A stretch of 64,000 nt of DNA from Basidiobolus meristosporus CBS 931.73 (Eukaryota > Fungi > Basidiobolomycota), in the NCBI GenBank assembly GCA_002104905.1, contig MCFE01000129.1, forward strand, positions 62,001 to 126,000. The letters run 5' to 3'. The position numbers were made by a program, and so were the translations under genes. The notes below the pieces were generated by a model. It was not told the origin of the DNA. It was given only the letters and a program-made list of their open reading frames with translations, and searched no databases. Positions 26,845 through 38,748 of the stretch are shown one piece after another (position 1 is the stretch's first letter; each line of letters begins with the position of its first letter).

Positions 26845-28070
26845 ATGGTCCCTATACCAAGTCTTAACTTGTCTTTAGTTCAACCCAGACAAAACCCATC
26901 CCCCAGCTCACAAGCGTGGTCCAGACCGGAAAAGGCAATGTCGGATCTGGTTGAGTTCTCACCAAATGATTTCAGTATGGCCCAAGTGTCTATGATGAGC
27001 CTTCATACAGATATTTGGGCACTACTCCTTAATCTAGCAGAACTAGGTACCTTGGAGAGTTGACAGATATGGAAGAACCTGAGTAGAAAGCTGTGGCATG
27101 AGTTCTACATCAAGATGCCAGCGGATATATGTAAGAAGATATATATGGATTTGATGAGGAAGCTGCATGGGAACAATTTTGCGTGCAATTTGCACAGTAC
27201 AGGCCAGACGTGTCCATTTGCGCCTCAACTTTGGGAACTAAAGATATTTTGAATGAGTTTTTGCCTCAAATGACTTATGTATTACGTGAAATATTAGTAG
27301 AGCTAAATGGCTTCTAAGAGCAATATACACAGGACTCATTCAGGCAACAATTGCAAAGTATTAGACAGAGGGTAAGTGAATACCTTGAGGAATCAGAAGC
27401 TGAGCTTCAAGAGGAGGAATACAGACCGCAAGGGACATTGTGTAGATTGCACCAGCACACCTTGCTGGATTCCTTACCATCCCTTGCATCTTGAGTGTGC
27501 AGGCGCACATCAGTCCAACTACTCCAATACCCTTCACAAGAGCGCCCCGCATTGACTCAATGTGTATTGGGCCAACACGCGCACTTCAGAGCAAAACCAC
27601 CAGAACCTGCCAAACTGCTGAAAAAGACACAAGTCCATTGGAGCGGGCCAAGTCGTGTCAACAAGCAGCAGCACATTGAACTCAGCCAAGGGCCATGTCA
27701 GCGCACCAAGTTGAGTCTAAATGTGCCATTACACCTGACCATCAGTGAGTTTCTTCTGGTGAACTGACAGATGATGACCCATATGAAGTGCCTCCACCAC
27801 TGGAGCCTTTTGCAAGTAAAGGAATGCATCAGCGCATAGCACTGCAGGCCAGCTCAGTTGCATCATCTGGAGCAATTCAGTGCGGCCAAGCTGCAGCATT
27901 ACACTGATCAACTAGGAGGCAAAACACTGACTACAAATACACAAGTAGCCAAGAGGATAGTCAACAAGAAAGTAGTTTAGGTGTGCAAAGTGAATCACTA
28001 CCAAATGCTTCAGTAGTAATCCCTGTGAGAAAAAAGCCTAGGAGAAGATGATGCAATTGCATTGAATTGC
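26845..28070 (+). pseudogene. Harbinger accessory protein with Myb/SANT(trihelix)-like motif
   Basis: ORF 26845-27063 continues past a TGA into QIWKNLSRKLWHEFYIKMPADICKKIYMDLMRK. Later fragments are low-complexity and end in RKKPRRR (NLS-like). Confidence 0.6.
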
Positions 28071-29399
28071 TATTATTTGTAATGATCCAAACATCACATT
28101 TTTTTTTGTGATCTGCATCAAGCCATTGCAAATCAGTGATCACTAAATTTTTGATATAAGCAATATTAAGGTTGTCTCACATTTGATACAGGACCCCTAC
28201 AAATAAACACCCTGCATATGTATACATCATCTGTTGCACCAGTGCAGCCATTGGATCTGATTTGCACCCATACAATTGGTTGCGTGCTAGCTATGACATC
28301 TTGTCCAATCACTAGGATCAAGGATTTACTTGCTAAATGGGCAAAATGGGATATTTGATGGTAAATAAGGTAGCTTGTGTATTGGGCAAAGAGCCAATCA
28401 GGGGCTGAAAGCTTCAGGATACTTTTGGACCAATTAACCACTGAGATGCCATTCAATTGGAGTGATGGTAGCCACAATGGTAAGTATAAGTGTAGTCATA
28501 GTGTGATAAGCATTTATTTCCATTTACATTAAAGAAACATATCCAAATACTAGATTTTACCTACCATTATAGTGGTATCCAATTGCGCATGTGATGCAAA
28601 CATTATGAGTGGGCGCAATCATTTGTGCCAACCTCATTGTGTCAGATTGTGCCATTGTGTGCAAGATTGTCCTACATGGTGCAAAACCATCCAAGAGCAA
28701 TCCAGCCTACTGGTAGCTACAATTTTGCGCCCAATTGTTCTTAGAGACCGCAGATTGCACCACACACCCTGGCATGGTACAATGGAACAAGTCTATTACC
28801 AACTGTACACCACATAATCCAAATGTACTTCAAATTACCAGCAGTATCTCTAAAACTCTATCAGCAGTAATAGTACAAAACTTTTGTTAATGTTGGCACC
28901 TAACATATAATCTTGCTGCATAGTGCAACACTGTATGAGGAAATCCACTAAGCTGGCATGGTTGACAGCCCCCCTTTCAGGTACAGTGGCAATGTTGCCA
29001 TCAACTGGCCATTCAAATCTTTAATCCTGTCACCAAGTGGTACTTATAACATCTTGACACCATGCAAAGTCCATTGGGAGAATTGTACATTGGATTTTCC
29101 AAAAACCTGATCTAGATATCATCCTCTCAATGGTCCTTGGGTTGCTTCTGATTAGATCCTTCCCATTTCTCTCATACTTCAAAGCTAAATACTTGATCAT
29201 CGCCTACAATGTGTACATTGATAGGCCATTACTTTTTTTGCACACTTCTCACTTGTTGAATCAACCATTTCAGTGGCTGTTCATGCACTTAGATTGACTA
29301 GTTTATGTTAAATCATTGGATGTTGCTAAGTTTAGTTTTTGCTGACATATACAAGTTGCTATACCCATTGTAAAATTGAGCCCAGAATCACACCAAACC

Positions 29400-30200
29400 A
29401 GTAACACCACCAATATTCTTCATTGCATAAATGTCTCAGAGCTTAACTGTATTACCTATTTTTTGGTGGGAACCCTGGAGCTTCAGGTTATTTTTGAATA
29501 CTAGCTGCCATATATAGATCTTCAGCTGGAGCTGTAAGGTCTAGTACCTCATCTGCCTGTCTGGAAAATAAGTACATGCAATATTGTAGTGTGCTTTCTG
29601 GACTGCTACTCTTGAAGAAGTGCTGCAAGCCCATATTATGTGTATTCTTAATCCAAATTCCATTACTGGGATTGTGCTAATCCTCAGACTTCATGATGTT
29701 GTTGCTTAGCTAGCCAGTGGGATTACTTCTCCATCTACCATACAGGACATGGAAGCTTTGGTAGAAGTCATTCCTTCTTCTGGAAGCTAATGTATCCAAC
29801 TAAAATATGGCACAGCTGTCCATGCTTCACACACTCAAGAAAATAATCATGGGCTTGGGGTAATAACTCATGTCTTTCACAGCACTCCAATACCTTTGAC
29901 TGATAGGGTTAATTGATGAAGACTACAGCTTTTCTTAAGTTGCTCAATCTCTGGCTTGCGCAGACTTTGTTTCCTTTCCCTTTACCATCAGCATTGCCAT
30001 TGCCAGTACCTTCACTGCTATTTTAAGGAAGTGCTTCTTGTATTGGACTGCAATTATGCTTGAGAATTGCTACATTGATGGGTCCATATGTGCTTGCTTT
30101 TCTATTACCAGCACTCTTCTGTCTCTTCAACATTGCATTGCTTCTGGTTAAGTGCTATCAGCCCTGCATGTAATGCAAACCTAGGAAAGCTACTGGTTCT
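29400..30200 (-). repeat. Family A repeat, copy 5
   Basis: 29520-29620 aligns with 2818-2920 (TTCAGCTGG..TG.AAGGTC.AG.ACCTCA.CTGC; CTCTTGAAG..GTGCTGCAA). Confidence 0.6.
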
Positions 30201-31299
30201 TAGCCATAGTACCCTTATTTTCTGCCATTGATACCAGATGCTTTACAGCACTTATCTTAGCAGTATATCAATGCTGGCATTATATCTATTTGCTCCTTTA
30301 GTCAAGAATAATGACATTGTTCCTAAATCAGGGCATTCAGCATAGCCTTCAGATCCTAATAGTTCCATGGTACTCCAACTTTTTGAGGTTGCATACCAGA
30401 CTCTTCATGGCTTGTTAGATACTGATAAACTCATTATGACTCTTCTAAGCTGCTTTGTAGTAGCTCAATGTCATTGGTTTTGGGCTTTGGTATGCATATT
30501 ACAGCTTTGGCACCCAGTAGTGTGACAGGCTATCTGTGAGTGTTGTATAAGGGTACTTCTGTGGTAGATGAAAGACTGCATAGTGTACCTTCACTTTCAC
30601 ACCAGAAGATGGCTAATCTTATTCTATTCACTTAACTACATATGTTGCTCCTTGTAACACTTACCTGCTGATTAAAACTGAGTTAGGGGAATGTGTAATG
30701 ACTTTTGGCTTACTTCAGCCTTCTGAATATGGCTGCACTATCATTACACTAAAGAGAAAGACTCACTGATGAATTGTATATCAATCTCCTCTCAGAACAG
30801 AGTTGACTTCTGACTGGCATGATCACAGTATTTCATGAGACAATAGCAGTAGAAAAATGCAGATAATAGTTTATGTAGCTTATCAGGCCCAGCAATTCAC
30901 TGACTGGTTACAATATCATACATTGGCTTGTTAAATAGCATGACTTCACTAACATTGATATTGTGGCTTTGATGATTTACTGCTATTTCTACTCAAATGC
31001 ATTATGCAATGAAACAATTCATCTCCCTCCTACAATGGAATAACAGACATACCAATGGCAACATATTACCCCGCAACTGTCCTAATACATGAATCTGTGA
31101 ATAGTTACATGGCATATGCATTAGCAAGAACTACCTTTCTAAGTTGTCCTACTTGCCTGGCATCCACTGCCACAGGATGAAAACATTTGGAATACATTCT
31201 GGCAATTTCTATCTTGGCACACCTATTGTGCCTCAACCCAGAACTCAATCCATATTAATAAATATATCTAGACATCCATATTGCTAAAAAGTATATATA

Positions 31300-31884
31300 A
31301 GGCTTGTTCTGTTGGACAGTGCCACATTGAGCCATGAGTGTCAATTGATGCCTTAGTGTGCCAGGGAGGCCAATTGGTCCTATACTTGGCCACAGAGTGT
31401 GCAATATATTTATGCATTTCCTTGCAAAGCAGCCCTTGTTTTTCACCCATTGTGCAGGAGAAAATCAATTTTTTGACCTTTTTTTTGGGATGTATGTTGT
31501 GCACAATCTGTAAGAGGATAGAAGGACTAAAGACATGCATTTGGTACTAAAAGCCCATGGCACTCTGAATCTAGCTCCTGTGGCTTGTGACATGTTACAA
31601 GCTGCAGGAGCTAGATTCACACTACCATGGGTATTCAGTACCAGATGCATGCTTTCAGTCCTTCTGTGCTCTTATACATCATGCACAACATTGATCTCAA
31701 AAAAAGGGCAAAAAAAGGATTTTCTCCAGCATAATAGGTAAAACACTGGGGCTGCTTTTTGTGAGGATTAATAACTATATTTCACACTCTGTGGCTAAGT
31801 ATAGGTCTAATAGGCCTCTCATGCACACTAAGGCATCATTTGGCACTCATGGCTCAATATGGCACAATCCAATGGAACAAGTTC
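31300..31884. mobile_element. 585-bp loop-less palindromic (foldback) Harbinger-family element
   Basis: Arms of ~290 bp are reverse complements (~80% by eye) around CATG at 31591-94. Ends match the Harbinger TIR. ATA flanks both sides (31297-99, 31885-87). The empty site is seen at ~38375-38395. Confidence 0.88.
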
Positions 31885-33899
31885 ATAGTTCTATCTCCCC
31901 TTATGTGTTGCACAATTTGATAAACTCAGGTCTTGATTAACAGCCTTGCCCTGGACCTCACATTGCCTTTTTGGTTTTCACCCAAGTCCTTTCCTGGTCC
32001 TGCCTTGCCTGGCACTACTCTCCTGCCATGTCTCTATTCATAACAGCTTTATCAGACTCCTGTTGACTTACCTGTGGATCTCTGCCTTTACCCATATTTT
32101 TGAGAAGAACTTGTAAAGGAGTACCTACCAATAGTTTAACCCTGAATCTTTGCCTGGTCTTGTTCTCTAAAGGCAAAGATAGTTTATCTTTGTAATATTA
32201 TTGGACAAAGCTGCATTCACTTTACTACTCTGCTGGTGTAGTGTACAGTTGTTACAGTATTGGAAGCATTAGTGTAATATTTTACAAAAGATGTCAATGC
32301 CTGTACCTTCTGAAGTGATGATAACTTATTCAAAGTTGGGGATTGTGGCTCAACAATTGTATTCTTGACAAACTAGTGGCTTTATAAACCACATATTAGC
32401 TAGTAGTCTCCAGTATTCCTGAACAAGCTCAACAAATCTCTCCACCTCATGCTACCCTGACATGTCCAGTCCAGAGTAGAATCTTGCAAGCCTCATGACT
32501 GCCTTTGCTCAGCTGCAACAAGACATTGCAGATCCCAGAAACTCTGTTGCTCAGCTTCAGAGCCAAAGTACTAAACAGCCAATCCAGACACCCTCCTACC
32601 ATGATCCCAAGATAACCTCTGCTACCAAGCTCATTGGCTCTCAAAATGAGTGCTAAGGCTTCATCAACATGGTCAAACACCACTTGCTGCTACCACCTAT
32701 TGGTTCCCAACAGCTCAAGCAAAAGTTGGTTATATCTCTAACCTGCTCACTGGAACTGCCCAGAAATGGTTCTACCCTTTGGTGGAAACCAACTCCCCTC
32801 TACTCAGTGACTACCATGCCTTCCTCACAGAATTGGAGCTAACATTTGGCAACATTGACCAAGCCAGAACTGCTGCCAAGAAGATCCAGAACTTGAAGCA
32901 AGGAAATAAACCTGCATCTGTATATGCATCTGAACTATGGCTACTAGCCAGTGATTTGAGCCTTTGGGGTGATGCTGCCCTAATTAGTCAGTCTCAAGAT
33001 GGCCATAAAGATGAAGTCAGTGACCTATGACTTACACCCTGACTCAACTACCTTTGGTGAAGCTATACATCAAGCAGTCCAATGAGACAATTACCATTTC
33101 AAGAAGAAACAGAAGATCTGACACACTTATCAGCTAACCTCCTTCCCAGTAATCCAGTCACCCAGTACTAACCCTAAGGATCCTATGCAAATTGACAGTG
33201 CCAAATACAAGAAACTTACAAAGGAAAGATCTTAGTTGGGAAACTCCAGTGTCCAGTTACAATGAGAGGCCTGAAACAGGACCCTTCAATGAAAATTCAT
33301 CACATTCAAAAAACATAATACACCACCAAGCCTATCCAGTCCTTAAGAATATGTGTCAATATCCATATCCCTGAGTCCAGTCCCTGCCATATCCATGCCC
33401 TTGTGGATTCTGGTGCTTCTTCCTGCTTGCTTGACCAGTCCTTTGTCCATAAGCACAAATCCCCACTATCCTGAAATCCTGTCCTGCCCAAGCAGAAGTC
33501 ACTGATGGACAATCCCTCTCCTCTGGTGCTGTTACACATGAGTCACATCTACTCCAGTTGTCCAGTAGAGGTCACCATGATACACTAGCCTTCAACATCA
33601 CTAACTCTCCTCACTACCCCATAGTTCTTGGAAGCTCATTGCATATTCACTATAATCCAGCTATCAACTGGAAGACCAAAACCCTGACAGTCCCCAGAAT
33701 CTATCATATCAGCTCTGTGAAAGCACCTGACTTTTCAGGTGCAGAGTATCTTTTCCTAAGCTACCCCTGACCCAGGAGCCCATCATCACTGAAGGAACCC
33801 CCTCCAATGGAATACTTGCCAAGTGTAAAGAGTTTACCCATGTCTCTGATAACAAGAAAGCAGAACTACTCCCAGCACATAGACCTTATGATTGTCACA

Positions 33900-36580
33900 A
33901 TGACCTTGAAGATGGAAAAATCCCATCTTTTGGCCCTATCTACAACCTCTTACAGCCTGAGTTGAAAGAGCTTCATAGCTATATCAAAGAAAACCTCCAG
34001 CAAGGTTATATTCAGCACTCCAAGTCCCCAGCAGCTGCCCCAATCCTGTTTGTCAGAAAAAAGTATGGTACCTTTGGAATATATGTAGACTACTGTGCAC
34101 TAAATAAGATCACAATCAAGAACCTCTTCTGTGGTAATGGAAAGTATTCCATTACTACAATATCTCTAAACCAATATTGCACTCATTTCTTTATTTTGCT
34201 TTTTGCTATTGTAACACACAAGTGAAAGATCAAGAATTTCCAACTTTGATGAACAAATGCTCCAGGCCCTGACAAGCAATCCACCCAAGAATATTATGTC
34301 ATACAGAACACATAGTAGCCAACACATGTTTCAGATCACAGCTCATTTGAAGCAGTACTTAAGGAGTTATGACCAAAAGAGTCCAACTATTATATACTAT
34401 GCCTTATTGCTAGGATTACTATGGTGACTTTGATTGCGTGTAACTTTTGAACCAGCCAATCAAATCGCGTGAAATCTTTACAGGTACTGCGCCTATGACC
34501 GATCTGCACCACTGCAAAATTTTAGCTTTGTATCATGTGTATTGCTTGTGCAATTGCCCAAAAACTTTGATCCTTCAAAATTTTCATACATATGACTTCC
34601 CCAGCTGAAAAATAAAGAGAGAGCCTCTCTTTCCAGAATCTCCACACTACAATTACAAGTTTAAAGGTTATAAGGCTTCCCCTGCATCACTTTCACTGTT
34701 GAGTATTCTGACTTTGATTGGTACTACATCAGTAAAGAGACTGCAAAGCTTACAAGAATCCAATCTAAGTTCTACAAGAAACTACCACTTTTCTGTTGGA
34801 AAAGTCCCCTCTGAGAAACCCCTTTACTCTGAAGACACCCCTTTAGACACCCCTTTAGTCTAAAGACCCCTTTAGAGACCCCTTTAAGAAACCCCTTTAC
34901 TCTAAAGAAGCCCCTTTAGGCACCCCTTTAGTGTAAAGTCCACTTTAGAGACCACTACAAGAAGCCCCTTTACTCTAAAGACACCCCTTTAGACACCCTT
35001 TTAGGTCTAAAGACCCCTTTAGAGACTTCTTCAACACACCCCTTTAGGTTAAAGGGGAGCTCAGAATTTCCATATTAGGAAATATTTTCTCAGAAAGGAA
35101 ATTGACTTCCAAATAAGGAAAAGTTACTATAAAAGTAAATAAGCCCATTAGTCAACAGAAGGTCAGAACACTGCTGTAGAAGTGATAACCACTGCCTACA
35201 GTATATTTTGAGCCTAAGATTGAGGAAATTAGTGAAAGTTATATCTTCTATTGGTATATCAAACTCTCAATAAACTATTTCAGTATTAGCATACTGGAAG
35301 TTGTTGTATATTGTTGATTAGCCTCTACATTGTAGAACCAGCCCCAAACTAATCATAGTACATCACAACACTTCCCTTTGCCCTTAATGAACACCCTGCT
35401 GGATCAACTCTCTTCTGCCACAGTATTTATCAAAATTGCTCTCAGAGGAGCATATAACCTTGTCAAGATCAAGCCTGGCAATGAATGGAAAATTGCCTTC
35501 CAAACAAGATATGGTCACTTTGAGTACAAAGTTATACCATTTGGTCTCACCAATGTCCCTGCTGTCTTTCAACACCTGATGAGTGCAATATTCCAAGAAG
35601 ACCTTGACCAATTTGTGGTTATCTACCTTGATGATATCCTGATCTACTCCAAGATTTAAAAGAACATAATTCCCCTGTTAGGAAAGTCTTGACCAAGCTG
35701 GACACTGCTGGCCTCTATGCCAAACTGGATAAGTGCAAGTTTGAGTAGAAAGAAGTTGAGTTCCTACGTTATCATATATGCTCATATGGAACAAGCATGG
35801 ACCCCAATAAAATAGAAGCATCCTGTCCTGGAAAACTCCCTGTTCTGTAAAAGAACTGCAATCCTTCCTTGGATTTGCTAACTCCTACCATGGATTCATT
35901 GCAACTACTCCAAGATGGCCACTTCCTGGACAAAACTCACCTGGAAAAGTCTACCCTTTCCCTAGAATGAGGAATAGTGTGAGTCCATTTATTCTATTGA
36001 GAAATCCTTTTTGTCTGCCCCTCTGCTTGCCCAAGCTGATCTTGAGAAACCTTTCATCATAGAAACTGATACCTCTGTCTTTGCCCTTGGTGCCATTCTT
36101 TCCCAGCATGATAACAAGAATGTGCTACACCCTATTGCATTCTACTCTTAGAACTTTACTCCAGCTGAAGTAACCTACGATATCTATGACAAGTAACTAC
36201 TTGCAATCATTGTTGCCTTTGACCAATGAAGACACTACTTTGATGGTGCAGCCAAAAAGATAAAGATCTTCTGTGCTCACAAGAACCTTTAGTACTTTAC
36301 CACCTCAAAAGTACCAAACCAGAGACAAGCCAGATGGTCCTTCTTCCAGTCTAGCTTTGACTTTGTCATCACCTATAGACCAGGTGTAAAACAAGGAAAA
36401 CCTGATGCCCTGTCCAGAAGGTGGAGTATTCCCTTGAAGAAGAACATGATGCCTTTTGGTAAATGAAAATCCCTGTACTCAACAAAAGACACTTTGAACT
36501 TCTTGCTACCCAGTCCTCCAATATTACAGCTCCTTTACTCCCTGAGAAAGTCAAGAGCAGCTAAGCCACCAACTCCACAG
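33900..36580 (+). pseudogene. gypsy-2 reverse transcriptase-RNase H, interrupted at 34130-35370
   Basis: GYIQHSKSPAAAPILFVRKK...KITIKNLF | PLPLM...[12 protein letters not shown]...[13 protein letters not shown]; ETDTSVFALGAILSQ. Confidence 0.9.
34130..35370 (+). mobile_element. 1.24-kb solo-LTR-like insertion (family S, copy 3) inside gypsy-2 RT
   Basis: TGTGG...CACAACA. TSD CTTC (34126-29, 35371-74). Excision restores in-frame K-N-L-F-P-L-P-L-M. Confidence 0.92.
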
Positions 36581-37970
36581 TGGAAACAATCAAGAGATAT
36601 CTTAAGTCTCCCACTGATCCACCACCCAAGTTCCCAAACCTCCAGTCTCTACATCTAGTCAATGACATCATCTATCACAAGCACCAACTGTTTGTCCCAG
36701 ACCTGGATACCAAGTTTGATATAATCCATTCTTGCCATGATTCAGTGGCTGCAGGACATTTTGGTACTGCCAAAACCATGAATGCAATCAAGAGTGACCT
36801 CTGGTGGCCCAAGATGATATCCCTTTTCAAGGAGTACCTCAATGCTGTGATACATATAATTATGCAAAATCTGCCAGACATCAGCCATGTGGACTTCTTC
36901 CACCCTTGCCAATCCCTGACCAGCAATGGAAGTCAATTTTGATGGACTTCATTACAAACCTCCCAGAATCCAACCCATTTGATCTATTCCTAGTAGTGGC
37001 AGATAGACTCACAAAGATGACTCACTTCATTCCCTACTCTAAGAGTATAGATATCAAGGAGACTGTCCACTTAGTAATCAAGAACATTTCCCAGCTCCAT
37101 GGTATCCCTAGTGACATTGTATCTGATAGAGAACCCCAGTTCATATCAAAATTCTGGAAACACTTCATGCAATATCTTGTTGTGGAAGTCAAGCTCTCAA
37201 CTGCTCTTCATCCTCAGTCAGATGGCCAGACTGAAAGAATTAACCAGATTCTTGATCAATACCTCAGGCACTATATCAGCTATCAACAAGAAAAATGGAC
37301 CCAGCTGCTATCACTTGCAGATTTTGCCCACTATAACTCATGTCATAGTGCAACTGGTCTCACTCCATTCTAGGCAAGTTACGGTTTTCATCTGCAATTT
37401 GATATTCAGATTCCAACAAACCCTATGAGCCCCCCAGCAGCTGAACATGCATCAACAATTTAGATATCCAAGAAACACTCTTAAAATAAGTATCCTTAGC
37501 CTATGGGGAGTGAAAGAAGTTTGCAAACAACAAGCAACAGCTTAGCCCCAAGCTTAATGAAGGAGATTTAGTATGGCTCTTGAGAAGAAACATTGCTACC
37601 AGCCACCCTTGTGACAAATTAGACCATAAGAAACTAGGTCCATTCAGGATTGACAAGAAACTGAGCCCAAATGTATACCAACTACAGTTACCACCAAGTA
37701 TGAAGATCCATGACAGGTTCCATGTATCTCTCCTAGAGCCATTCCATGAAAGTACCCTACCCAGCTGGAACCCAGTAAATCCCCCAGATATTCAAGTAGA
37801 CAAATACCAAGAGTTTGAGACTCAGCAAGTACTAGATTCAAAGTACATCAGATCTCAACTTCACTACCTAGTAGACTGGGCTGGTTATGGCCCAAATGAT
37901 CAAACTTGGTAATCAGCAACAAACCTAAGAAACTGCCAAGATCTAGTTGCACTTTTTCACCACACCAACC
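36580..37970 (+). pseudogene. gypsy-2 integrase with C-terminal chromodomain
   Basis: HDSVAAGHFG; WKSILMDFIT; SDREPQF; HPQSDGQTERINQ; LGPFRI; chromodomain EFETQQVLDSK..YLVDWAGYGPNDQTW. Confidence 0.92.
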
Positions 37971-38022
37971 CCAACAGGCAGAGCCAAAAGCTTGCGGAAA
38001 GCCCCTCAGAAGATGAGAACAG

Positions 38023-38547
38023 TGTCAGGATCACAAGACATCCATGACCTTTCATGATCTAGTCAGATCACATTGGTGAAGAAATCCCAGTTTCTTCTAG
38101 TGAGTTTTACTACATTCTAGCAACTTCTTGAAAGCTTGAAGCCAACTTTGCACAATGAAGTATTCTGTGGAAGCTTCTGCTAGGAACTTATGTAGCTCTT
38201 TACAATAAATGATAATTGCATGTCACATGACCTAGTCTCATGATCAGCTTGCTCTTGGCATATCCTCATGTAATTTCTAGTCTGTTCTTTAGTATATCTA
38301 TCTTGGCACACTTACTGTGCCTCACCCCAGAATCTCATCAGTATTAGCCAATATCTCTTGGTATCCATATTGCCAAAAAATACATTTAGTTCTATCCCCC
38401 CTTATGTATTCCTCAGTCTGATAATCACAGGTCTTGCATTAACAGCCTTGCCCTGGAATCCACCTTGCCATGTTGGTCCACACCTAAGTCCCTTCCTGGT
38501 CCTGCCTTGCCTAGCACTACTCTCCTGCCTTGTGTCTATTCATAACA
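38023..38547 (+). repeat. gypsy-2 3' LTR (525 bp)
   Basis: Follows the PPT; TGTCAGG...CATAACA; its 3' half aligns with 31205-32045. Confidence 0.75.
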
Positions 38548-38748
38548 CAATGAGCCCTTTGGGAAACTGGAAAATTTTGAAGGAATTGGCAGGAAATTAC
38601 AGTATATCTACTGCTCAAAGTACTACTTGCAGCTCCTATCAGTATTCATACTCATATGTGACAATACAGCTGCAAGGACTGGATGAGCTGGATATGTGTT
38701 TATTCAAGTGGTGTTGTGAAGCAATTTCTACCCCAAGTAGATTGAAAG

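Larger units (their letters stand above)
25067..28794. mobile_element. PIF/Harbinger (PHIS)-type DNA transposon, two divergent genes, degenerate
   Basis: Termini GGACTTGTTC / GGAACAAGTCT match the MITE at 1811. 3-bp TSD ATT (25064-66, 28795-97). Three tandem CTGGCACTAT subterminal repeats (25126-25155). Contains a DDE_Tnp_4-type transposase and a Myb/SANT-like ORF. Confidence 0.85.
31205..38547 (+). mobile_element. Ty3/gypsy chromovirus (gypsy-2), degenerate, with two nested insertions
   Basis: gag (KVGYISNLLTGTAQKWF), protease LVDSGAS (~33400), RT (..[10 protein letters not shown]), integrase, chromodomain. PPT AGAAGATGAGAACAG, then 3' LTR 38023-38547. A diverged LTR copy lies at ~31205-32045. 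Confidence 0.9.

Noticed and set aside
29860-29910. NPISQRYWSAVK resembling Tc1 NPIE..W..LK
   Set aside because: The spacing is off by one and the segment is homologous to family-A INLTSQE, so the match is coincidental.
31205-32045. Using the gypsy-2 LTR pair to date the insertion
   Set aside because: The 5' copy is truncated, interrupted and only ~75% similar to the 3' LTR. It may not be the sister LTR, and no TSD could be found.
34800-35050. CRISPR-like array (CCCCTTTA units; also 20780-20990 and 21890-21990)
   Set aside because: The units are short and irregular with no unique spacers, there are no cas genes, and the context is a eukaryotic LTR-like element.
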